A DNA stretch of 64,000 nt from Lytechinus pictus. Lineage: Eukaryota. Of this stretch, positions 12,300-25,200 are shown piece by piece. The notes beneath the pieces are model-generated. The model had not been told where the DNA came from. It was given only the letters and a program-made list of their open reading frames with translations, and made no database searches. The DNA is taken from positions 16,244,001 to 16,308,000 of the forward strand of contig NC_087253.1 in the NCBI RefSeq assembly GCF_037042905.1, in the 5' to 3' direction. Both the position numbers and the translations under genes were made by a program. Every line of letters begins with the position of its first letter. Position 1 is the stretch's first letter.

Positions 12300-12837
12300 A
12301 TCTCTCGCACCTAAGCAAGAAGAATGGATAAGTAAAAAAAATATTTTTAAAAAATCCCGCTATATTTTCAGACATTTTGTGTAATCTGTCTTGAAATATC
12401 CCTTAAAAGAACGACTCACGAAAAATCCAGCTAATATAAAAGAAATTAAAATTCAGCTAAGAATTTAAGAAATCAAGGAAATTTACATTAAAACTTCATA
12501 CAGCAAAACAAAACATGTATTCTTTTTACATGTTTGGTTAAAGCTGAGCATTCCCGGAAAGAATCATTTCGTGAATTTCACTGATAAGTTCGATGAGCTA
12601 CTGAAATCAACGCATCTTACATCGGTTGTAAGATAGTAATCCACGGTTTATAGTCCAAGGTCGAGCCTACATTGGCCTGCATAGGGCGAGCGTCTAACCT
12701 CCCTACTTGGGAGCCATTCGGTCTATCATTAATTAAATGGTGTCACAAAATTTACTCTTCTCACACATAGCACTCGCTTAAGTTAATCCTATACTCATTA
12801 AGAGGGATATCCTGGTTTGTGATTTTTGTCTATCTAG

Positions 12838-13457
12838 GCCAAACTATTGTGGAGGATGCTACGCCGATTTTTACGTTGATGGCGTCTTGGTGAACTGTTC
12901 TGCATGCCCCGAGGGTATGACGTTTGAGGAGTGTGGATCGGGATGTGGCCCTCCCAGTTGTGACAACCCTCCAAGAGATATATGTCCAAGAATATGTCGA
13001 CCTGGTTGCTACTGTCCAGAAGGACTCGTCAAGGATTATCCGTCAAACGGCAACCAATGCATCGAGCCTGCTGCGTGCCAAGAGCCATCTTCCTGTCCAG
13101 AGGGTATGATCTATGAAGAATGCGGATCTGGATGTGGCCCTTTCAGCTGCGATAACCCTCCGATAAGGGGAGATTGTCCACAAATATGTAACCCTGGTTG
13201 TTACTGTCCAGAAGGACTCGTCAAGGATCGGGACAATGGCTATCAATGTCTTCCGCCGAGTGTTTGTTATGAACCAAGTTCTTGTCCACCGGGTCTGGTC
13301 TATGAGGAATGCGGTTCAGGATGTCGTCCATTCAGTTGTGATAACCTGCCTCGAGATATATGCCCACGAATATGCCGTCCAGGCTGCTACTGTCCCGAAG
13401 GCCTTGTCCTTGATCAAGATTATGGGGATCGGTGCATCCCTGTCGATCAGTGCGACG
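12838..13457 (+). CDS. TIL-repeat gene, intact exon: second half of the NYCGGC module plus three TIL domains
   Basis: tctag acceptor, phase 2. Three 10-Cys TIL repeats. Donor g|gtatgt, phase 1. Confidence 0.92.
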
Positions 13458-14328
13458 GTATGTAGTTTAAAGGAAATATAATCATAGTTTCATTAGGTGG
13501 AATTTAAGTAGTAATACAGCTTTTTGCTAATATTGCAGACGTTCTTAAGAATATTTTTGTCAGAACGCAAGGTTTATGTCGGAATAATTATGTTCCTCTT
13601 AACGCACAAAAAGTATGGATTTAGTCATAACTTAATAGTATCCATCGACTGCCATTTCATTTACTTATGATATAAGGATTTTGTCTTCATAGTAAGTGTA
13701 TCCGTCTAGCGAGTTGTAACAGTTGAGTTTGAATAAATGTGTTAGCACTCGATAATAATATTCTAGTACACGTATGCAGGTTCTTACCCTTTGATTTCTT
13801 TAACAATTTTAAAGAATGATCGGAATCATCTGTATCTCACACGGTGAAAACACATACAATCGAGTGGCAACTAAACATGGTAAACTCGTCGGATAGCTTT
13901 TCTTCTTAAGGCTACTTTTTTTCAATTAAGAAAAGAGGGAACAATTAAACTAACCCTGAAGAAATGTTCGTTTCTTGAATGAACGAACTCATGATTTAGG
14001 CATATCATCAATTTTTCAGCATTTTGGGCCGGACTAAATTCCCGTGATGAGGGGCATCAATTTGCAGTTTGTATTCGTTTAGGGAATGGAATATTCCTGG
14101 AAATTAGATGAAAATGCGCACTTTTATAGGGGTTTAATTTAAAATCGAAATCTGTAGCTACACGTGTACAGACCATCTATATTATATTTGCAATTATATA
14201 TTTTGTCACGGAGCTTTCATTGCTTTATGAGGCAGATTAGTTGGTATGCGATCAAAGTCCCATATTTTTTTTAAATACTTGTTATAAAGGAGACGAGTAT
14301 CCGGGTCGGAGGAAGGTCGGAGTAACTA

Positions 14329-14714
14329 GGGCCGTCTGCACCAACCCGAGTTTTCAAATTAGCGTGCTAGTTCTGATCCGGCAAATTATCCCTATCTGAA
14401 CAATCTCGAGATTATTTGTAATGGAGATGCAATTTTTGCGCTAGTTCGCAGGATTAATCCCTTAATTGCAATCCCAAGACAACTTGGGATTATTTGCAAA
14501 ATAGCGCGCTATTTTACGAATTATCCTGCTAATTCGCAGTGCAGACGCACTCGGGATTATTTTATTCACGTCGTCAGACCATAACGCATCGATGCCTCGC
14601 TCGAGCAGGAATCGCTATTCTTGCGATGGTGGAGACGGGGTTTCTTGAATCTCGAGAGGGCAGATCGGGCTAAAATCTCGAGATTGAGCAAACTCGGGCT
14701 GGTGCAGCACCGCC
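14329..14714. mobile_element. MITE, apparently nested in an older inverted repeat (about 14304-14755)
   Basis: tgcaccaacccgagttt / aaactcgggctggtgca. Outer pair ggtcggaggaaggtcgga / tccgacctttcctccgacc. Confidence 0.6.
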
Positions 14715-15263
14715 TTCTGTCTACACTAGCACTGATCCGACCTTTCCTCCGACCAAAACAGCCTTTTCCTTGGTCGGGATGAGAAATGGCTATGGAATTT
14801 TATTCCATGCATTGTAGAATTTTACTCCGACTATGATCTCAGGCTGATCAAGGCTAGTCTCGTCATCTTCGCATTAATAAACGAGCCATTGCCTTAGATC
14901 ACGCTCATTTATGAGGGTATGATCACCCCGTCTTATACAACATTCATAACTTATAACTAGTCAGAATTCAAAGTATAATTTTAATTTTCTGGATACCATG
15001 TTATCAAATTCAAGCCCATTATTATCAGTCAAAGACATCTCAACATTTCGAGATGTCCATATAGCTAAGCTTTGTCTTTTTACGAAGTCTTTGAATACGA
15101 ATTATAATTTACCATAACATCAACCTTCGAAGGATTATGCCCTCTACTCGAGTAAAATGGTCTGAGCGCAAAGCCTACAATGACTTGGGTACTAAGGCAG
15201 ACCATCCTTTGTGTGAAGACCCGCTTGAAGGTCAAAGTATCAAGCAGGGTCCATGCCTGCAGA

Positions 15264-15664
15264 GGTAAATGCCAATTCGTCCACTGCCAACCCGTCCACT
15301 CACCACATGGTCTACCTTCATTTAGTCTAATGCCATTCCGTCCATCAACATTTCATCTAACAACCATTTGGTCCAGTTAACACCTCGTCTAATCACCAGT
15401 TGGTCTATTACCATTTCGTCTAATAACCAGTTGGTCTAATACCTATTTTCTTTCCATTCATTTTGCACAATTAACACTTTAGTCTATTTAGACCAAATGG
15501 TATATGGACTAAATGGCTATTTGACCAATTGGTTATTACACGGAATGACATTAGACTAAATGAAAGAAGACCATGTGGTCGGTGGACGAACTGATGGTAG
15601 ACCAAACGAGAGTAGACGAATTGGCAATTGAACGAATTGGCATTAGACGATTTGGAAATAAACC
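15264..15664. mobile_element. Foldback non-autonomous DNA transposon with 8-bp TSD
   Basis: GG...CC ends, inverted arrays of ~15-bp units (tagaccaaatgg-like), TSD cctgcaga on both sides. Confidence 0.8.
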
Positions 15665-16903
15665 CCTGCAGACACCTCAACTTTCATGATTTTACCCTCA
15701 AACGAATCCATGAAAAACACATGTCATTCGTATAATGTAGTGAAAATAACTTTTATAATAACGAAAGATACTAATATTAATAACGTCGTATTGTAAAAAG
15801 AGGTAAACACAAGAAGAACAACAAGGTAAACGAAGGAGGTTGACGGGGGTGATGAAAGATGGGTCTAAACAAAGGTCCTCAGCAGTGTATTAGGCTTTAC
15901 CATCATAATCATGAATACCTGTGTCGGGAGGGGGGGGGCGGGGCACTAATGTATGATGACAGTACGGGTGTGTGCGTGTGGCCCTAAAGGTACCCTTTTC
16001 ACGCTTTGTCAGCAGTTCCCAAAGGATATAATTCCCCTCCAGACCTTTTTCATTGATAAACCAGTTCTCCCTCGTTTCCAACCCGCGTCTGTCAAGGCCC
16101 TAAATCGCAAAATATAGAAAGCGACATTAAAACAGAAAAGGGTTATTTCGATCTGATTTTGATTGATTTAAATGATTAAATTTGCTGTCATTCTTCCTCA
16201 TGGTTGTAAAAAGTAATTTATTTTCTCTGAATTGTAATCAGTTTTATTTCTTCTCTTGTCCTTTTCCTTTGCTTAAACGTAAAGGCGTTCTAAAGGCATT
16301 AGATTATATGCTAAGTGACAATTAGGGATACACAAACAAAAACTAAAAACATTACTATGTACATCCCAAGTGGCCCAACTCCCCCCCATAACGAAAAAAG
16401 GTCCCAAACCAACAAACATGAAGAATAATAATGATAATGGGAGACCAACTTTATGTTGAATGAATACCCTTGTAAAATATTTGAATAAATGAATAAATAA
16501 ATAAATAGATAAATAAATAGATTATATAGATAAATACATATATATCAACAACAACATTTCTCATAAAAATGAGATCACCGACCTAGTTCTCGTTCCCTTA
16601 CTCTTCAACCTATATCCTCCTGCAATTTATGTTTGCCACCCTCTGTGTTCACGCCTCATACGCGCGCACGTTTCTTGTTAATTTTGTACAAGCTTAGGCG
16701 GCGATTTGCGGTTTAGAGCCTTAACATCCTCTTTTTTGAAGACCCCTATTTCATGTTAAATTTGAATTTCCACAATACCCCTCATTTGTAAAGGGCCATC
16801 TAGTTCTTAGTTCTTAAACTCCCATTTCTGTGTTAACGCCTCATACACCGGGCTCATACAGTCATACGTGCACACGGTCCTTGTTAATTTTGTACAAGCT
16901 TAG

Positions 16904-17237
16904 CATGAACGGAAATCCCAGGGGGGGACAGGGGGACGTGTCCCCCCTACTCAAAATAGTAGGGGGGACACGATATCAAATTTCCCCCTACTATTTTTGG
17001 TCTTTTATGATGGCATTTCCATACATCATTCAAAATCGGAATAAGACATGTATTTTAGGACGATATGACCTTAATTTTGGGATGATAACCTTTATTTATT
17101 TTTTATTTTTTTGCTTGTCATATTTATTTTCGTCGAAATGAACTTAAATTTGGGGTGATAAGCTTTTTTTTTTTTTTTTGCTTGTCACATTTTCCAGCCC
17201 CTTGTCCCCCTACCTTGTGGGGGGATTGCCGCCCCTG
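16904..17237. mobile_element. hAT-like MITE inside the second copy of a local ~190-bp duplication
   Basis: CA...TG ends and 8-bp TSD aagcttag. The empty site is visible at about 16690. Confidence 0.8.
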
Positions 17238-17861
17238 AAGCTTAGGCGACGATTTGCGGTTTAGGTGCAATTTGCGGTTAGGGCCTTAACACGCCTCTGT
17301 TTTCGAAGACCCCTATTTCATGTTAAATTCCAGCTTCCACAATACCCTTCATTTGCAGAGGGCTATCTAGTTCTTAAGCCCCGCCCCCCCCCCCCCCCCC
17401 CCATTTCATAGAAACTTAGCCTAAGTTCTGAATGGTATGGTTTCAGATTTTGGAGCTGCACACCTCTATATCCTTTCCTAATCCGAGAGCGCCCCCAACC
17501 CAACCGGGAACTTTTGCGCGAACTATCAGGTAGCGATGCACAAACACCTTGCAAAACAATTATACACTTGTCTTACCCGCCTCACCTTGAGAGCGGATCA
17601 TCTAACGCTTGACTGGAAAAATGACACCAATTAATACCTTCTTCAAGAGGAAGAGTGGTTGTGTATCCTTCTCTCGAGAGCAAACCAACAAACGAGATGG
17701 AAGTTGAGAAGACTTTCGATTTTCCGGTGAGAAAATGCGGGTAGGCCTACTCGATGCCTCTGGGAACATGATCAAACTGTACGTACCACGTTCATGGCAG
17801 ACAGAACTTGTTCGTCGTGATGTCAGAGTATTTAGGAATGGTAATGATACTTTTACGATCA

Positions 17862-18113
17862 ATAATTATCTGGTACTACAAAAATCATTATACTGCAACT
17901 ACTGACAACACTATGACTTTACTACTACGAGGAAGAACACTGTTACTGCTTCTCCTCCTTCATTTCCTTCTTCTTCCTTGTTTACACATAATTATCTGGT
18001 ACTACAAAAATCATTATACTGCAACTACTGACAACACTATGACTTTACTACTACGAGGAAGAACACTGTTACTGCTTCTCCTCCTTCATTTCCTTCTTCT
18101 TCCTTGTTAACAC
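17862..18113. repeat. Direct tandem duplication, 2 x ~126 bp
   Basis: ataattatctggtactacaaaaatc...cttcttccttgtt occurs twice. Confidence 0.9.
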
Positions 18114-18131
18114 ATCATGGTCGCTGACGAA

Positions 18132-18357
18132 CAGTGGCGTAATTAGGCAAAACTTTTGAGGGGGCCAGATTTGGCATATCGGGAATTTTAAAAAAACTTG
18201 CGAGCGAGCAAATATTTCGACATTTCTTTTTTTAATCCAAATTTTTAATAGATTTTGACATAATATTCAGAAAAAATTATATTTCACCCTCCTTACTTTC
18301 ATTTTCTCTATATATTTATTTATATATTTATTTATTGTCTTGGTCAGTACGCCACTG
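18132..18357. mobile_element. hAT-like MITE
   Basis: TIR cagtggcgta / tacgccactg with flanks ctgacgaa / ctgacgag. Confidence 0.7.
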
Positions 18358-18530
18358 CTGACGAGTGTGACGTTGCCTTTCATTTGTGAGAATTATGCTC
18401 CTTTTGCTTGTAAATTTTAATTCCTTTGTGGCATTTTGCTATTGGCATTCGTGATAATTGTAATACCAAGCAGGCTAATTTTTTTGTATACATGTATACA
18501 CAAATGCACATACACACACAGACACACGTG

Positions 18531-18563
<33 letters not shown>

Positions 18564-18854
18564 GTATATGTATATGTATATTCTACTATTAACATATATA
18601 TATTTTTTTTTTTTGCATGGCAAATTTCTAATTCGTAACTTGCTAATGTTGATTTGAATCATATCTCTTGAACCCACGACTTCCATTGTAAAGATTTTTT
18701 TTTTTTTTTTGTGGGGGGGGCAAAATTATCTTGAATATACAGTGCTGCACCCGCCGCCACTGGTGCATTTCTGTGTAATTGAATATATGCTAAGGGGAGA
18801 AGCATTCTGCAACGGAGACAATATCACTTCTTAGTCCTCTTGCTAGACAAGATT

Positions 18855-19040
18855 TTAAAAAGCCCTTTCCTTATTGGTTAATGTCAAGGGCTTTTTAATT
18901 TATGATGGTAGTCTATCTATAGAAATTACATAGGGATTGCATACGTGGAAATTTCCAATCGCGCATGCGTTGTATGATAGTAAAATGGTTAATTCACCCA
19001 ATAGGACGGCATCTTCACAGTCATGTGATTATAAGCAGAA
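18855..19040 (+). promoter_or_regulatory. Putative promoter of the SRCR gene
   Basis: kappaB-type palindrome GGAAATTTCC at 18947-18956, CCAAT boxes (18955, 18998), NRF1-like GCGCATGCG at 18961 and TATA-like TTATAAG at 19029. All lie within ~260 bp upstream of the ATG. Confidence 0.5.
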
Positions 19041-19201
19041 TCTTCCAGTGTTTTTACTGGAAATTAAATTAATATAATATCACCAGATAGATATCATTCT
19101 TGCAGTCACTTTGGTCGCCAAACTTTGACTTGACCGTTCTCCAGACCAAATTGTCGTCTAAAGATTAATCTACGAGTTGGTTTTTCCGGAGTGAATAGAC
19201 C

Positions 19202-19268
19202 ATGGCGGTCCCTCTTTTGGGTGTTCTCTTGATGGGTTTTGCCGTTTCAGCTTATGCCACTTCACCTG
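19202..19268 (+). CDS. Exon 1, signal peptide [22 protein letters not shown]
   Basis: Kozak accATGG, hydrophobic core, A-Y-A cleavage motif, phase-1 donor g|gtaggt. Confidence 0.8.
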
Positions 19269-22200
19269 GTAGGTTATTCACAATCCATCTCTTTCAAAAG
19301 CCAGGCGCGCATCATGGGTGGGGCCGTAATATTTATCCATAAAGAGACGAATAGCTTTATTTTCTTAGTGATGACATTTTTTTTCTTCATTTTTGCTTTT
19401 AATGTTTTTTCTATAAAGCCAGCATTTTAAAAAGAATCCTTGAGCAGCGCCTGAAAGCGATAAGTCTTGAGGTGTACAATATAATTTTCTTCTCCCCCGT
19501 CTTTTCTTCTTAATTTTCTATTAATAGAACTTTTACTATCAAATATTTATATTCATTAGTATCATTATTTCATTAATGATAGTAGAAGTAGTGGCAGTGG
19601 TAATGAGAATAGTAAAGATTATATTTATTACCATTTTGTTTTCCATGTCGTGTAAAAAACCATGAAATCTGTCGAATCTTCAAACATTCCCAGAAATGGT
19701 TTAATCAATCTATTTGTTGGTTCAAACACTACCCTATCACTGCAAAAACATTGGTGTTGAACATCACCAGCCTGGTATCTTAATCGGACAACATCAGAGA
19801 AGTGTTGAAATAACACCAGTTTAGAATCAAACCGATATTCCTTAACACTAACTGATGTTGCTTAAAAACCAAATTGGTGTTAGCCTAACGCCAAACCGGT
19901 GACCTCTCTGGTGTTTTACTATATAAATACAAGACTGGTGTTAAATTAACACCGGCGCTTTTGCAGTGCACCAAACATTTGTTAAAATAAAATAATCAAG
20001 TGGAAAACGTTTTAGGATTTTGTCAACCAACACTTGGTTGGTTAATATTTTACCCCACTTTGGGGATGTTTTGAGAAAAAAAAGGCTGACAAGTAAATAA
20101 ACTAGTCTCAACACAATTTTGTTAACTATACCAAGTTTAAATATATTGTTATAATGTTTGATCATAGATTGTTTTATTGCCATTCTTATTATCTTTCATA
20201 ATTATCACAATAATCATCATGATCATCATTCATATAGAATGAAATAAGAAAATCACAATATCCATCTCTAAGACATGAAATGTTCGTTAGTCTATTTATT
20301 CATCTATGTATGTATGTACGTATGTATCTATCTATTCATCCATCCATCTATCTATGTTTTATTATACTGACAAGCGTGGTTTGAGATATAACATTTTCCT
20401 TAGTAGCCTAACTGCAGTTTCTGTGGTATATGATACAATGTACTACAAACATGATGAGCTATATGTACATGTAGGGCACGATACAGTTATAAACGAACAG
20501 AATCACTATATTAATGGCTCTCTTTAGTGATATCCGTATTTCTTTTAAAGTGTCTGCAATATGTTATGAGAAATGAAAATGAAAATGTACAGTATATAGG
20601 TTTTACACTTAACCACGCCAAGCAGAGCCAAGTGGGAAGTAGTTTTGTGAAGAAAATTTGTATTTTCCGAGAGAGGGTAACGAGTCGAATTCAAATATTA
20701 AAAAAAAACTTGCAATTTAAAAGCCTCATGTTTCATAAAGATTATATTGTAACAATTCTGGTGTTGGGAATACCTTTATCATAATTTGGGAATGCCCTGG
20801 TTGGATTTTTTTTACAATATCATCATCCTCTGCTAATTGGTTATGAACAATATCTTAATGGTAGAGATGGCATTTCTCAGATATGCTATTGTTATCCTTG
20901 TTTTTTTTTTTTTTAGTCTGACCAGGATTGCCCGTCATGGACGTGCAATCCCCCCCCCCCCAAAAAAAAAAAATAATAATAATAAGTGAAATTAAACGAA
21001 GAACTTTCATTTTTCTCTGACATAAACACAGCATAGACCGTTAATAGTTTTTAATTTGTGTCGCCGACCATTCAGGTTTATGTGCATGTCTTAAAATTGT
21101 TAGGATGGAGATATAATGAAATAAAACAAAAACGGTATTCTTGTGAGAGAATTCTAATGTGCTTCATAAAGACGGGAAAGACCCTTCCCTCGAACACAGA
21201 AATATCGTACCCTGAGAATGTTTCCGCCTTTTCACACGGTAAAAAAAAATAATCGTAATTTGAATGATGATTCCAGTGAAAAATAAGGCTAACGAGGAAT
21301 TTTGAGCACGTGTGAAACCAAACTAGAATCACGAACGCCAATCATAATCACAACTTCTAATTCTGCTCCGGAGATGAATAACAGGTAATTTTAACTCAAA
21401 TTACGATACGAATTTTCCGTGTGAAAGGTCCGATGATTCTAAAGACGAATTGCAATCATCATTACAATGATGATTCAAGATTCACGTGTAAAAAGGCCCT
21501 TTCAAGAACATCACGAGTGACCGTCCTTTCATACGGTCACAAAATCGTAATTTGAATGATTCTTGTGAAAAATAAGGCTAATGACGATTTTTTTTTTTGC
21601 ACGTGTGAAACCAAAGAAACCAAATATGATTAGAATCCGAACGCTAATCACAATCACGAATTCAAATTCTACTCCGGAGTGAATTCCATTTAAGTTTCCC
21701 TAAATTACGGTACGAATTTTGCGTGTGAAAGGCTTGACCTCCAAAACAACTTTGGGAAGGGGAGGGGGGCTTACGTGACTTTTCAAGCACTTCCGTAGAT
21801 AATACAATTGTCATGCACTCATCGTGGTTTGTATTTGCGATGCAGTGCTTTCAGTGACAAGTCACCAAGGACACATACCGCCTTCGCTCGGGAATTAGAA
21901 TTCAAATCACAGTTTTCGAGTGAGCGTGTGAAATGTCCGATGATTCTAAAGACGAATTGCAATTATCATTACAATGATGGTTCAAGATTAACGTGTGAAA
22001 AGGCCATGAGAATCACGAGTAAACCTCATTCAGGTCTTCAAGTTGTAATGTAATGTTTTCTATAACAAGATTGACTCAAACCCCTGTTCTTAAAGTGTAC
22101 GGATAAGCCACCGCGCTTTTTCAGATCTATGCAGATGAAGTAGACCTATAAAAACATTGAGTTGCCTATGCAGGCCATGAGACAATTTTCATGACAACGT

Positions 22201-25200
22201 TCTGTTACAAATACTGTTCGTGTAATGCACGTTTTTCTTCAAAGAGATTGGAGTACAGGGGGCGATGAAAGAGAGAAGTAAAACATTCCCACATCCCCTC
22301 TCGAAAAATCACAACGCCTCAAAAAAAATAGTCTTCTATTTTCGTTACATTCGTAAAATGAAACAAAAATCATTGATATTGCATTTGTAACTGTTATCTT
22401 GTGGTAATTATCGATTCTTATTCACAAGAAGGTGTGGAGGTGCCGTGGCCGAGTGGTCTAGCTAAGGCGCCTGGCTATACATGCAAAAGTCCGGGGTTCG
22501 ATCCCCGGCCGCGGCAGCTATGCCCGTGAGCAAGGCATTTAATCTACAATGCTCTTTTATCCTGCTTTCAAATAAATGGAAATGCTTTATGCATTATTGG
22601 TAACTAGGTGTGAACTTTTTTTTTAATGAAGATTTTTACGTAATACCTAGTTCCCACTTACACGATTTGCTCTACGACTCAAACAGCGTTCTTAATCATA
22701 AAGTAATCGTCGTGATCTTATAATAATTATACTTGCTTATATAGTGCTTAACACTTACTTTGTCAGAAGTCTCTAAGCGCTCTACAGTATATGCAGCATA
22801 ATTACCCTGGCTTTAGCAGTGCAGCTGTTACGCGCGCTGCGTTTCAAGGAATAAATTCCTGCCAGGTACCCATTTACGTCACCTGGGTTGAGTGCAGCAC
22901 ATTGTGGATCAATGTCTTGCTGAAGGAAATTACGCCATGGTTGGGATTCGAACCCACGACCCTCTGTTTCAGAGTCCGGAGACTAATCCACTGGGCCACA
23001 ACGCTCCACTATCACATCTTATCACATCGTATTAGATCAGTCGTGGAAATCGTATTGATCGTAGAAATTGTTTGAATGGTTAATGGACAAGTCCATTCCT
23101 AATAAAAAATTGATTTAAATAAAAAGAGAAAAATCAAACAAACACAACACTGAAAATTTCATCAAAATCGGATGTACAATAAGAAAGTTATGAAATTTTA
23201 AAAATTTGCTTAATTTCACAAAATAGTTATATGCACATCCCAGTCATTGTGCAAATGAGGGAACCGATGACATTACTCACTATTTCTTTTGTATTTTATC
23301 AAATGAAAAATGAAGTATTCTAATTTTCTCCTCATTGTCGCGTGAAACCAAGTTTTATTTCGCCCTGAACATGTGAAATTACCATTGTTTAGCAATATAT
23401 GGTTCAGTCGAGTTGATCCTTATTGTCAAAACTGTAAAAGTTGAAATATTGTACAATTCAAACAATAAAGAACAAAAGAAATAGTGAGTGATGGACATCA
23501 ATGATTATTTCATTTGCATGTGACTAAATTGTGCATATAACTCTTTTGTGAAAAATAAGCAAGTCATAACTTTCTTATTGTACGTACGATTTTGATGAAA
23601 TTTTCAGCATTATGCTTGTCTGATTTTTCTCTGTTGATTCAAATCAACATTTTTCTGACGTGGACTTGACCTTTAAACAATTTTCGCGATCAGTTACACA
23701 ATAGGCCAATCGTGGCTTTCGTAAAAGATCGTACACCAGTGAGAACGAGGTTTTAAAAGAATATCCCATAAAGTGTAACAGAGATACACGCACATCCCGT
23801 TTTCAAATTTGGAAACGTAAAAAGAGCAGACTGTAAATAAAATTTTGTATTTTCCACGATTTAACCACTGCAGATAGCAATATGTTGAAAAGAAAAGTCA
23901 AAACTTTGGATAGAAAATAACTTTGTATCTTCTGCCTAGTTGACACTTTCACGATTTTCGGTTCCCGCATAGTTCACGCACTGATATTGCGTCATGCGTG
24001 CCAATGCGTCGACACTTGCGGGAAGGGGCGGGACGATGAGCGGCAATGCGCAGCAATGCGTGAAGAGCGAAAAAAAATTTTCAACATGTTGAAAATTTTG
24101 CCACGCACTTCCCGCATTGCAGCAGTGCGCAAACTATGCGCAAACAAGTCGTGCCACTGCGTACCACTGCGTGGCATCGAAATATAAAATTTGTGGCGCA
24201 AAGAATAGTAGGCACACCCCCGGGGTAGTGGCACGCAGTTCACGACTAGTTCACGACAGGGTCGCGCATACTTTGCGCATAGGTCAAGCATACTTCACGC
24301 ATAGTTCACGAATGATATGCGCAAATTGTGAGTGCAGACCACGTGATCAGTAAGAGTCGTCCTAATAAACGAACGTAGAGGGTGTCAACACAAGAACGTT
24401 GAATATTTAAATTTGCGCTAGATACGTCACAGAATAGGGTGTCGAATATATTTGCTGAAAGCACGTCGGGACAGTGCGTGAACACTGCGTGAACTATGCG
24501 CGAACACTGCGTGAACTATGCGCGAACTATGCGCAAACATGTCGTGAACGTGTCGGAACATTGCGTGAACTGATATAGCCAAGTCGTGCCATGAAGTGTC
24601 CCGCACTGGCACGCATCAATGCGGGGCAATGCGGATACCACAATGCGTGCAAGTGTCAACCAGGCATTCGTAAAAATACAGATCAATGAATTTGTAGATA
24701 TAATTGCTATATTGTGGTTATGAATTATGCATAAGAAGATGAAGTTGATTTCAAGAAAAAAAAACATAATTGCAAACTGCAACAGATACATCCTCTCTTA
24801 CAATTTGGAAGCGCACAAAATAACTTACTACAAGTTCGCATTTTATTTCTTGCAATCTACAAATTAATTACTTTTTTTTTGACATTTTAACACTATGAGA
24901 CATCGAAGCTGTCAGAAACCGGGGGGGGGGGTGTCGAACTATTGTTGACGCCCCTCTTTTAAGCTTTGTCTTATCAGAACGTTTAGGGGCCAATTAAAGT
25001 GTTAAGATTCATTGGTAAACGCCAAATAACATTGCTTTATCACTACACTCCCCCGTGGACAGTTTACCCGCACTTTTATATCCCGTAATGTTATAGAGCA
25101 AAAAGTGCTTCATCTCACTACCACGGAGGTTAACCCCAACCCCTCGTAGTTCCACTATCTTCAACCTCCTTCATATTTTGCAGTAAATGTTTTTCCATTA

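Noticed and set aside
17560-18110. Possible terminal or transmembrane exon of the TIL gene
   Set aside because: No clean phase-1 acceptor with an open frame. The Leu-rich ORF comes from a low-complexity 126-bp duplication.
18380-18686. YIYI-rich ORFs
   Set aside because: Translation of (TA)n and (TATATG)n microsatellites.
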